From: Pocillopora damicornis
Lineage: Eukaryota
Length of the DNA stretch: 64,000 nt
Direction of reading: 5' to 3'
NCBI RefSeq assembly: GCF_003704095.1
Contig: NW_020845410.1
Location: 682,001 to 746,000, forward strand
The notes under the pieces were generated by a model that was given only the letters and a program-made list of their open reading frames with translations, was not told the origin of the DNA and did no database searches. The translations under genes and the position numbers were made by a program. Positions 14,037 to 26,900 of this stretch are shown here, in pieces. Every line of letters starts with the position of its first letter. Positions within the stretch are counted from its first letter, which is position 1.

Positions 14037-17000
14037 TTAGTAATTCTTGCCCGAGTACTGTCGTACACTGAAAGGAAAAAAACAAAAACAATGCAGTTGT
14101 TAGCTATCATAGATGGTAAAACCAAATTTGTCCAGGCATAAAAGATAAAAAGATTGTCACTTTTGGGCACTACTTGGCCAATTTCTAGAATGAACCTTTA
14201 ATTTATCATTTGACTGTCTTCAACCTGACTCACCTTTGTTGAAGAAGAAACTGAGCAAAATTAATCTGGGATTGGTTGCCCCCAATGGTGATTATCCTGT
14301 CATTTGAACCCGGAAGAGGATCATCGATCTTTATGTTTGCACCACTGCGATTTCTGCAAACATACAAGTCAATGGTAATGCAAAATACCAACATTCACAC
14401 ATTGCAGCACTCTTTATTATACTAAAAATCATTTTCGGAATTAACATTGAGTGTATCCATCTCATATTCTTACCTTATTTGTCTTATCCTCTCTCCTCCT
14501 CTTCCAATAATAGACCCCGCCAACTGTAAAGCACAATTTATTTGACATTTGTTTAATGCAATTCTACCATTAGATTTGAGAAGTTACAATTTATATGATG
14601 CATTTGGATACATAAAAAAAACTGGTTTAAAATTGGTAAGAAAGTAAAATTTCCATTTTGATATTGAAGACCTTGATAAATGTTACTTACATCTTTAGGA
14701 ATGGTAACTTGTGTCTGAGTTTGTTCTCCTCCTGCTGAAGGTCCTCCTTGATTCCACTGACCTTCAACACAAAATGCAGAGAAACAGTTTAGTCACTAAC
14801 ACAATGCTTGATTTTCTATGAAGGATCATTTCTTAAAAGGGTTGATGGTTCAAGCCTTACAAAATGACCACAATTCTCCATAATTTATATGCTTTGAGCT
14901 TTAAGGAAAGTGTTAATCACTTAACAATTTAAAAAATTTCCATAAAACTCTTTCACACCCTTACATTTAAGGAGTGATTGTTGCAAGAGGCAGCTTACTA
15001 AAAAAGAAAGTATAAATTCAATATTATGTAAAATGTATTTGCCACCAACATTACACAGAGAAGAAGTATACCATGCCCAAAATAGGAATCATTTTTCTAG
15101 TTTTTTTGCTTAGTATGGATGATTAAGGTACTATGAAGAAGACATGATTTTTACCTCCCATATCACCTCCCATGTTTCCACCACCCTAATATGTTAAAAG
15201 AAAAAGTGACAAATTACAAATGTTAGATCAATCTGCCTTTACAGCTGCTCTCAAGAAGAAAAGGTTAAATCTCCAGCAAATACTTTTAAATTGCTGGACG
15301 AAACTGCAGACAAATCAATTACATCTGAAACTTACAAAATCTTGTGAGTAGTTTCCTCCATATCCCATATTATCACCACCACCAAAACCACCTCTTCCCC
15401 CACGGCCTCCACGAGATCCTCCCCTTCCTCCATCTCGACCACCCCGTCCTCTTCCTCCTCCACGTCCTCGGCCACCTCCACCAGGTCCATAACCACCACC
15501 ATAATCCCAGTCATTCATGCCAGCTGGGTCGTACAAGGACACTGACCCCTTCAAGGGAGACTAAAGAAATACAAAGTATACTTTATCAATAACTAAAAAA
15601 AAAAACCCTACAAGGGTTAGCCAGAAAAGCTTGTTTATTGCCTCATTGAGGATTAAATATTGATAAAACTTCCTCCTTCACTTACTTCGTTTAATTGATC
15701 AATAACTTCTTTAACACAGTTCACAATAACCTCATCAGAACCTGTGGGACAAATCTCACATTTAGGATGCTATGTCAAGTACAGAGGTGAAAGAGTTACA
15801 ACTGAGGTTGAAGAAACACATAAATGATTAAAAAAAAACTCACCACGAATGGACACAATTCTTTCTGTTGATCCTGGTAAACAATCAGAATGAACCTGAA
15901 AGTAATAGAGAGGTATTCTTTGAAAGGATGGTCACAAAATCATAAAAATTAATTCAAGACACCAAACAATTTCCTGCCCTGTCACCAGTTGACAGACTAA
16001 TATAATTAAGTTCCCATATAAAGTGCTTCATGTCAAAACCACTCACCTTGATTTGTGCTCCAGTTTTCTGCCACAAAATAAAAATAATTATTAGCAAAGA
16101 ACTTCTCTTAAAGTATAGTTTTTTGGTAAAACTAAAATTGGCCAGAAAACATCACCAGCAAATTTACCTCCCGAGTTTCCTTTATTTTCTGTCCTTTTTG
16201 CCCAATCACACTCCCAACCTGACTTCGTTGTACTAGCATCTGGATTTCTTTCCCATTAGAACTGGATTGGCGCTATAACAAGATCACACAAAACAATTTA
16301 ATCCTGTCATCAGTTTATCTGACCAGCCACTATCAAAGAGAATCAAGCAAAAGGTAGAAACAGATAACCAGAGGAGTATCCCAGCCAGTCTTTGAAACTT
16401 CATAAATGACTATTTTTTATCAATTCCAGCCTTCGGTTAAAACCCTTCATAAACCACAAAAGTACATCATTCATGGTTTAAAAATGACACATGTCAGTCA
16501 AAGCAAATGCAAATGATTTCAGGAACATATATAGCAACAGAACCAAACTTTGTTGCCAACAAGATGTGATCTCTTTTGACCAGAACATATCAAATTGATT
16601 AAAAACTCACCCCACCGATCTTTGGTAAGCATTCTGAAAATATGGCCATTGCATCATCATAAGCAGCAGTAATGGTTAACACACTATGAGTAAAAATAGT
16701 TGGGAAATGAGAACGAACACAGCCCTACATGCCTTAATAATTTAGAGAAAGCAGGTTGGGTAGAGATCATATAAACATAAGCAAATATTTGTTTTAAGAA
16801 TTTTTCTCACTTCAAAGTTACCATAAAGTGATTGTTAACACTTTTTTATGATGGTTCTCCTTATTTCTGATAAAAACGTGTCTATGGTAGTAAAGGCTTC
16901 CTAACATTCCAGAACATTAGAAATATAGCAACAAGCACCACAGAAAACATTAAGTTTCAAGACAACATAGGGTATCATACAGCATGAGTTTACACCTACT

Positions 17001-19074
17001 GTATAACATTCAACAAATTCAATACTGGCCACTGGTTGCCAAAAAGTCTGGCAGTTCAGTTAAAGTAAAAGTTTGAGGCATAACTTCTATCTATAGTTAG
17101 AATCAATCCCTCTAGATATGACAGCATTACACTGTTATGACATGCAGTGTAATGTACAGGAAGGCAGGACACACATTAACGTGACGCATGGGACATACCG
17201 CTCGGGGGTATTGGTATCCGGGACATTGACCACTGCTTTGAACTTGGGTGAGATCACAACAGGGACCAACACGGGCGGGTGTCAGGCAGGTAGATGGATG
17301 GGAACGGGTGGATAGGGCCGGGATGGGAACACGGAGGGAATAATAGGAGAGAAAAACAACAACAACTTAGCAGGGATAAACTACTATTCCAGAGGCAGAA
17401 CAGAGCATCTGACAAATATGAAGGTACTTGGTTAGCTGGATAAACTACAAGGGAAAGGAAGGAGTTAAACAGAATGCAGTTCAAAGCCTAAGCCTGGGAA
17501 AATCACAAGTCATTAAACATTCTAAAGTGGAACAGAGGCTATCTTGTGAGGTAACATCCCTTTAACAAAATGTACAATTTAATGTGGATGAAATACTTCA
17601 TGTGGAAGTCACCATAGTATTTGCTAAACATGCATGCATGTATAAACTTGATATGTTTCTTAGTTATACACCAGAAAAACCAGAATCTGTCATAATGAGA
17701 TTAGAAAAATTTTCAATAGCAACATCACACCAGTAATAATGAACCTGACGAAGCAGAAAAAGGAATCATTTGGAAACCATTCATACATAATTACTGTTTA
17801 CTGACACAAATTGGACCAGTAATCAAACATTGATCACTTTACAATTTGACTTGACACAAAACTGTTTAAGGTGTAGAATAAAGATAAAATAACATTGCTC
17901 CATACCTCACTACGTAATCTTTTCACATTCTGTCCCCCCTGAAAAATAAAAAAAATTTTTATCAAAAGGTGCAATACTCATCAACAGTTACATAAAATTT
18001 ATTAATCTTAAGCTTTACAATACTACTACAAACACAGTGAAAATTATCTGTCTTCTGCTTGTTTCTAAACTTTAAAACTACCTTTCATTTCATATCCCAT
18101 CAACTTTATTAAATGCTTCACAAAGCCATTGTCAGCATGTGTAAAAACAATGTTACCAACCATGAGATACAATAGCAGAGCTTTCATCGGAGTAAATAAA
18201 ATTAACAGGACTTTCTACCATCACATAGGTATTACCTTGCCAATGATACCACCAGCATCCTAAAACATTTAAGGAAAGAAAAAAAAAGTATCTAAATTTA
18301 GAAATAATGTATCTCTTTCTTTAATCAAAATCTCTTTACAAATGAGGCTGGTTAATTCAGCTCAAAATTTTAATTTGAGGCCACAACAATCTTTTGCAAT
18401 TTGTGCAAAGATTTTTTAAAGCAACCTTTTCAATTTAATGTCACAAAGTTGCTGGCTTTTCTATCATTATTTCTTTTACTTTTAACATTTTTGGAAAAAA
18501 AATTACACTAAACCTACATATGGCATAGGAAAGTCTAGTTAACAGTAAACTATGGTTCAACTATTTTAACTTTTTTTCTTTGCCTTGTATTTATTATCAT
18601 AACTGAAAACAAGTGAAGATTACAATGAAACTAATGGCTGCCAAACAGAACCACACTGACCACTTTATCAAACTATAATCCTTTTCGAAGTCTTACCCTG
18701 CTCTCAAGTAGAAAGCGTAGAGTTGTCTGTTCTCCACTGACTCCACCCTCTTCATCTTTCACCCTCTTTGCATGAACATTACTATTGTAATCCTCTTCAG
18801 CTGGTCTCTTCATTCCCATTCCTTTATCATTTTGAGATAAAAATTAAGTTTCTTTTAAAAGAATAAGAAGCTAACTCCAAAAAAGTTTTATTAGGAAGCC
18901 ACAGTTTGAAAAAGATGTTCTTAAAATTGTTTTTGTAATACAACTAAATGTGACTGGAACTTGAATCCTCAAATGTTCAACCTCATGCATTTAGGCCAAA
19001 ATGCTATTAAGAACCTTATCTAAAACTTGGAAAAAGTATATATAATCACCTTGATCAACTGCAGGTTGGTCCAT
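14037..19074 (-). CDS. HNRNPK: Heterogeneous nuclear ribonucleoprotein K (three KH domains, RGG-rich KI region)
   Basis: 16 coding exons, all GT-AG and frame-consistent: 19050-19074, 18697-18821 (KRPAEED bipartite NLS), 18236-18259, 17906-17938, 17199-17242, 16611-16683, 16168-16272, 16047-16067, 15844-15895, 15686-15741, 15336-15560, 15155-15185, 14691-14761, 14474-14523, 14234-14353, 14037-14067 ([10 protein letters not shown]). A non-coding first exon ends at 20552. Confidence 0.96.
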
Positions 19075-20551
19075 GATAAATAACAAGATGTTTCTTCTAA
19101 ATAACACTCTGACCTGTTGTAACAGAATGACAGAATGTTATTTCACCTAACAACTGCACAGGCAAAGTTTCACTAAACCCTTCCATTCTAAATGAATGGT
19201 CAGTCAGCAATTTCTCCTCACAATATCAAAGTGTTGTCAAAAAAAAAAGGTAATGACCAAAAAAACAAATTAAAAAATTTAAACAAAATTTGAAGCAGAA
19301 CACTGGCAGATAGTGGGGAGAAACCATGTGAGATCTTGGAAGTGGTAAGGTTACATTTTGAAGAAGGTGGATGTTGCTGAATGTCAAAACAGATAGTCCC
19401 CAGTTTCAAGATTTGCAGTAAAAGAAATTTAACCCCTGGGCAGCTGACAAAACCCTGCTAAATAACTAATGAGGAATGCTGGCTTCACTGTAGGTTCTCT
19501 TGTGTATAAAGAGCCGACTACTGGGATGTGTTATATGAATTATACAGTGTAAATGCCCTAACATTAAAAACCTTTTGAGAGAAAGGATATTTTTTAAGGA
19601 ATAAGTGTTGATATAGGCTCATTTTTAAAGTCTGGATGGTTGAAAGAAGACCTAGCTCATGGTGGACTAACACTGAACAGACATATCACTAAAGTACATA
19701 TTTCAGCCATGTGACAGAAAAATCTGCTCTTTCACAGAGAGAAACATTATAATATTTCATTCCCATGTGACTGCGATAATTATTTGTTTTTTTAGTTCAC
19801 ATGTCATGATGACATCTTTGTTGATTTTTCTCAGGATTATTCTAAAATGAAGCCTTTGTTTGCATGGTTGTCATGCCAGCAGAAATTTATTCTGTCGTTC
19901 CATTTAACTAGTATTAAAAATTTTGAAAATTGAGGCTACTGTAGACTATATATTTCAGAAAAAAATGCATTTCGGATGGCTTCATGGTGATCCTTGGCTT
20001 GTTGAACTCTAATTAACAATAACTAATCCTTGGGTACATCATATATACTTCAAGCGTCAATCAGCCTTATATCAAAAACAATAAAATTATTATTCTTCCA
20101 TTTTAGTGATATTTGAAATTTATGGGAGCAACCAGAGCTCATCAGGCTTATCCGTAAGCAACATGATGCAAGCACTGCCTGGCCTAGAAAAGAAAAATTT
20201 ACCCAAGTGGCCAATCACACAAAACGGCGAACTACGAGTGCATTTGACAAGAAAAGCTAGTGCCATTTACAAAACATTAACTCTTTATCTATCCGCCTTA
20301 AGGGATGGTACACGATAGGTTTGAAGGAAGAATAAAGACCAATTTGCCGAATGATTTTGGTAGCGTTAAAATAGCTCTAAGACTTTGGTGCAGGCAGGCG
20401 TGCAGATAATTGGGGCGATTTTTCGCAGCTTTAAACCAGGTACATAAAATATTAAGGACAGTTGAGATAGAAAATGTATCTTTTTCACATTCCTGAGCTA
20501 CTCTTGTGCGAAAAGGTTCTTTACAAAGAGAAAAAGCAAATTTTTACTTAC

Positions 20552-20967
20552 CAAATTTCTCCTTTCACCTCTTTTTTCCAAAACACCTGGTGCACGCGTT
20601 TACAATTTTGCTAAGCACTGTGGGTATAAATCCATAATGCTTTTCGAACGAGCTAAAGATTTGTGTCACATGACTCTTCTAGCTTTGCGGTTGTTTCATT
20701 TTCATGTCAATCAACTGTTTACTTTTGGTTTCTTTTTCAAGGGAATAATACGAATATCAGAAATTTTAACGTATATGGCAAAAATAATCCGATTCCAGGC
20801 AAATTTTTTGCCTTTGAAGTGTCTTGATGCTAAAAATAACAAGGGGATTTACCCCCTGAGTTGCGTCATATTGGCTTAGTAACCAGCCACGTTGCCTGAC
20901 ATAACATGCTGGAAGGCAGGGAGTAAACTTCAAGTGTTACGCGTTTTTTGGTTAAAAAAAAAATTTC
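20552..20967. promoter_or_regulatory. Bidirectional promoter shared by HNRNPK and HMGCR
   Basis: Head-to-head first exons. ZNF143/Staf-like site TACCCACAGTGCTTAG (minus, 20611-20626), palindromic-type GTCACATGAC (~20665-20674), reverse CCAAT (~20870). Confidence 0.6.
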
Positions 20968-23900
20968 ATGCCGCAAAGTGGAATTTCAAGCCTGTTTTAC
21001 TATCATGGTAAGCAGTGCTCTCATCATCCTGTTGAAGTTTTGTTGGTCTGCATCACTGGAACTGTTTGTTTGTTAAGTTTGAATATATACGATGCAACAC
21101 ATTCTTCGGAAGACCTAGTCGAAAGTTCCGGCGAGAAGGTTAGTAGATTATTTCAGAATTATCGAAATATGAATGACTGAATTCAATTTTAGACCAAAAT
21201 TTATATTTTGTGTGGCAAGTAGGTCTGATAGAATCCAAAATAACGTCCTATTAGGAGGGCTTTCTTTTGTTACTGGTCATGTCGTGACTAAATGACAAGC
21301 TTACAGTAAAGATATCCACAAGTGTTTACATCGAATGTCAGGATATGGTTTATGCCCTTTCACTTCATGAAAAATTTTCCAGGTAACCAGTTTAATTTCG
21401 TGCTGCTGAACGAACAAGGAAATCACTTGAAAAACATTTAAGGAAATGGTTTGAATAGTGTGAATTTATAGCCATAAGCTAATCTCATTTGCGGTGTGCA
21501 GATTTTAATGTAGCGGAAATCGTCATCTTGATTAGGAAGCAGTGTAAGAAACCCCCTCAAAGCTTTATTTGGTTGTCAAGGACTTGGGAAAGCAATTATT
21601 TTAGGTAATTGCTTTTAATAAACATTTCACCAAGTGTGTAATTTACCAAAGAAGGGAGTTTGTGGAGTAACACAAAAGAAATTACATTTGTTCAATATAC
21701 TGTCAGTGGCTACATCCTGATGTTATTTACAGTTTGGTAAATTGATAGCCATTGGAATTACTGTAGGTGTGAACGTATTATTTGAAATTTCCGCCCTAAT
21801 CATTTTCACAAAAATGTTATGAACAGGTTGGAGCAAATCTGATCTAAGAATTTTACTGTCCTAATTTGGTTCGTTTGTCTCAACTAAGAGAGGAGTGTGG
21901 ACCTCCAGGGCAAATTTCATTTTCACACGATCAGATGGCAAATCCGATACAACACTATTGCTTATTTGCTTGTGTAATCTTCATATAAATCCAGACAATT
22001 TGAATATTTGAGTAAACATATAGGTTAATGTGAAGAATTTAGCAGGTATTTTAGGTATGATTTGGTGATATTTGCCATTTTGTTTAATTTTAGATATCTT
22101 TACCAGCTGGCTTACATGTTGGCCCGACGAGTTATTTCTTTGCTCTTGTGTGCATTTATCTTCAATGTAAAAAGCTTATTCATCAAGGGTCTTCATATAT
22201 TTTAGGTAAGATAGTCATCTCTACAAGTAGATACAATTTTGATTTTAATTCTTTATCCTGAGTCTAACAGTCAAAGTGATACAAAAAAAAAAGCCATCTT
22301 GAAGCAGGCTGATATTCACATTGATGTCAGTCTTTTTAAAATTCTTTGTTCTGTTTTGCAGCTTTGTTGGAATTAGCTACAGCTGTTTTCAATACATTTT
22401 TTTTTTATTTCTAGAAGTGTTTCATTGATTAAACTCATTTATCCCAAATAAAACGTCTTGAGCCATTTTTTCTTTTTTATTTTTAGGATTTGTATCTGTG
22501 TTTGCAGTCTTTTCCTGTCTAGTGTTTGGTTCTATAGTGGCTAATTTATATGGTAGAGATTTTTGGGTTGTAAGGTGAGGCTCTGGAGATGATTCATGAA
22601 CTCTCTAACAAATGTTTATTTAGACCTAATCTTTTATTTAATATTTTCCTGTCAAAGTTGCAAACTCTATGTTGTAATGGGTTATCAAAGATGTGATGAT
22701 TCCAGAAATGTAAGGGTGTGTTTTGCCAAATGTCTGGCAATGATAACTATTTGTTTCCTTCCAGTGGGTTAAGCATAGATCACATGATCTTTTTTTCTGT
22801 GATTCTGATTTTTGACTTTCACTTTCACTTAAGGAGTCAGTGAGATATTATCTACCCTTCACACCTTGACATCAGTTTGCATATTCTCAGTAGTGTTCTA
22901 TACATTTCCTAAGGTACTACAAGGATAATTTGTTCAACAGTCAACAGCTTCTAGTTATATTCAGACTGTTTACTTTTGCAGGGAGGCTCTACCATATTTC
23001 TTTCTTCTAAGTGACTTCAATACAGCCAGTTCCTTAGTGAAGCACACTCTTCAATCTTCAACTTATGTGAGTATATGGCTGGCTTTCAGTTGGTGTGCAA
23101 GATGTAGAGTGAGAAAAGGGTAGTGTAGGTGTGTTGAAGAAGTCGCAATATTTTGCATTTTATTTGAACTGACAACATGAAAAGTATGGGAAGAGTTTGG
23201 TGTATATTACAAATTGATAATTTAGTGTAATGGACTGAATTAATAATGTAACTTGGCTACCATTTAAAGTTTTCTGAAGCTGATGTTTTGAACATAATAG
23301 CCCATCAGAGCAAATATAGTTATATTGTTGTATGTTATATTGTTTTAATCCAAATAAGGGTAAAGCTGAAGTTGTGACAGTACTTTAGTAAGTAGCAGGG
23401 ACTGACACCATGACAACAGGAGCGGAGGATATATTGTGGAGTAAACAAGAAATTTTTAACGTTTTTGAAGTTACAATGGCTGTAAGAAAGGGGGTATTTG
23501 CAATGGAGCATTAAATTTTCAGATCTATGTTTAGGTTGTTTAAGTTGATTTGTTAACCTCTATTTAATATTAACTTAAATTCCTTGTAACTTTTTAGGAT
23601 GCTGTTCCTGGCAGGATTGCAGAAAGTATTTGCTACCTGGGTCCAACTGTAACCCTCAATACGCTTGTTGGTACTTTGGTGATTGGTATAGGAACCCTTT
23701 CAGGTTTGTGCAGTGTACAGTCTTTAGTTAAATAGTCCTTCTCCTTTTTAAAACAGAAAAACAAAAACAAGTTTTCTTGATAGCTCCTTGCTACCCATAT
23801 GTACCCCTGGATGGGAGATGCACTCTGAGAGAAAAGTGTATTCCCCAAGAATGCAAAACAATATCTGTAGTTTAGCTAGGATTCAAACCAAGACTTCTCA

Positions 23901-26900
23901 TGGAAGAGTTTATCTTATTAGCCACAAGGCAAAACCACTTCTCACTTTTCTTTATTTATATTGATGTGTATTAATTTATGCTTTTATTTTGGCAACACTT
24001 ATGGAAAAAAAATTCTGTTTTGCATAATTTTCTAAGTAATAAATTTGTTACATTTTTTTCTTTTTTTTTTGGCAGGGGTCACTGAGCTGGAGACCATTTG
24101 TCAATTTGGATGTTTATCACTGATCACTCATTACATGTTATTTATGACCTTTTTTCCTGCCTGTCTGTCATTGTTTCTTGAGGTATGAATACAGGAAGCT
24201 TTTTGTATGTTAAGCTGTCTGCAATTTCAAGTTCCAGAGAGATTAATTTTGTTTGGATTTGCTTGAAACTAAAGTGAAATGTCAAACTTTTTATTGTCTC
24301 AACAAAAACAGACACACAGCAATAATTTTCCATAAAATTGACAATATGAACCTTTTCTAGCAAAAACAGTTAATCTTCATCAATTTTTTTTCAAGTAGTT
24401 CCCTGAATTGTTTTTATAATAACATCAAAATGAACCACTAATTTTCCCTCCTTAGGAAAAGACAAGAAGGTATTAAGCCTGTTTAATGTTAAGCCTGAAA
24501 ACCTGTTGTATGTATTTTTCAGTTATGCACAGGAAGAGGAAATAGCAAACCAAGATGGCAGTTGGAATCTTTGGATACCTCAGAAGAGGAACTTGAGCCA
24601 AACCCTGTGGTGCAGCAGGTTAAACTTATAATGGTAAGGCTAAGTGATGTTTCTTTTTCATTACCTTACAGTGATATGGCTGAAGCATTCTATGAAAGCC
24701 AATATTTGAGTGATTTTCAACTGAGTGTTGTAAAACTAAAACCAATGGAATTTATTTAAAGGGCCACTTAGAACAAAGGAAAATATTACACAGAGCAAAG
24801 GAATTCTCAAAGTAAAAACAAGTAAAGCAAGAAGCAAGCTACCATTGTTTTCAGTTTAGAGTGTGATTAGTTATTGAAGTGGACCAAGTGTTCTGGATCA
24901 ATCATGCAGCAAAGTAAAGCAACTTGAAACCAAAGCAATCGTAGAGTACTTTTGACACCTAAATTAATATACCTTCAATATAAAACTATGTAGAGTATTG
25001 AATATACCCCCTCCTGAAAGAGTTCTGTTTATACAATAATGCTACATGTGCTAAGATTGCTTTACCAAGTGGTTGTCAGCTTCCTTGCTCAAGTCAGTTT
25101 TAAATAACCTAGGTGGGAGGGTATACATGATGATTTCTGAGAGCTATACATTGATTTTCTAATACCTGTAAGAGTTGTTTTGACATCAGTCATGAGTGTC
25201 AATAGCTAGCTGAGGAGTGCTCCTATGATATTTTAAAACCCCCTTCAATATATACAAAGTGAGTATTAAAGTGAGTATATGTACCCAATTATAGTATCTT
25301 GTAGGTGATTTAATTTGTGGCGATACTCCTCTTAGTCTACAGGATTAATGTTTGTTCATCTGCACCGATGGGTTATGACTAGAAGTGGTGATAACAGTGG
25401 AAATTCCTTTAGGACTACTCCACTTGAAGATGACTGGTTTAAAAGGTATTTGCATTTCATGACAAAGTTATGATACTCAAGGTCAAGAAGAGTTACCCTA
25501 AAATACAGCATTGAATTTCATATTCAGGACTAAGAATTAAACAAGAGGGCAAATGAACTGAACTCCTCTCCAGTCAAATATGCTCATTCAAATTGACGAA
25601 CCTGAAAGAAGTCTGCAGTGATGCTTGCAAAGTTTGGCTCTATTTATATGATATTTTAACAAATAGACCCAGTGACAGTGAGCTAAAGAAAAAATATGAA
25701 GAAAATTATGTACATCTATGTAATTTATCTCACAATCATTTTCTTACTTCACAGGTTCTTAGCTGGAAATACTGAACAGGTGATGAAAGAATCCTGAGTA
25801 ATTCATATCAGTAACTACAGTAGTAATGATGCTATATCTTAAGTTTTAATTTTTTTTCATGGATTTGCTTAGATTTAACTCAATTTATGTTATTCTTTTA
25901 CAGATTGTTGTTTTAGTTTTTGGAATTGGCTTGGTAGTAAGATTTTTTATGTATAGTGGGGACAAAATGCATGAGCATGTGGAGCAAACTCACATGGAAC
26001 CTCAGGAATCCTTCATCACTCACACAGACATAGATAGGAGTGAACAAGAATCAGTTAAATCAAGTGAAGAAAGCATAGCTTCTGAAAAGACTGCTGAAAC
26101 AAGATCTGAGCCTGTATGCTTGCCCAGAAAAGAGGCTGTAGAGGAGGAAAATCAAGAACAATCTCAGGATCTTAGTTCTAGAACAAAATTAGAGGTCCGT
26201 GATAGAAGGAGAACAGTTAGTGAAGGTCATTGTAGTGAGTGCCACTCAAGTGATGATGCTAAGTTTTCCCCAGTGCTTGTCAGGTTGGACAGTAGTCCTC
26301 CAAGAGTGGAATACAAAGCACGTACTCTGGAGGAATGCAAGCTGATGCTGAAACAACCGGTATGTCTAAGTTTGTTTTTTTCAAAACCTGAGTTACAAGA
26401 CTACTTTTTGTTATTAGCAAAGTGCAAACCATTTAAAATTGATTGTTTCTTGATATATGTTTCTTGATATATGTTTCTAAACAGGATGGAGTGTTAGACT
26501 TGAATGACAAAGAAGTACAGATGTTGGTAGAGAGTAAAACTATTCCTGGTCATCAGCTTGAAAAGGTTCTGAAAGATCCAGCACGGGCAGTGAGAATCAG
26601 GTACAAAGAGACTTTTGCTAACACTCAAATGAAACAAAACTATAGGATGGCCTGATTGAGGGCAGTTGTGCAATTCTAGGAAAAATAATGAAAGCCTCCA
26701 AATTTCTCAAGCTGAAATATATTTTTTATCTCATACACAGTGAAAATATTACTCTTACCTTTGTGATCCAAGCCATGCAATCAGACTTCAATATTGCTCA
26801 AACCACTGAAAATTTAACAAAATGAAGCAGATCAGTGTAACATGATCAAGTCATTAAGGGATATTTTCCAGAGGTTTAAAAAATAATTACTCCAAAAAGG

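Noticed and set aside
14068-14233. miR-7, which bilaterians host in the last HNRNPK intron
   Set aside because: Only a partial TTGAAGACAGT match near the donor. The seed is imperfect and no precursor hairpin is evident, consistent with miR-7 being bilaterian.
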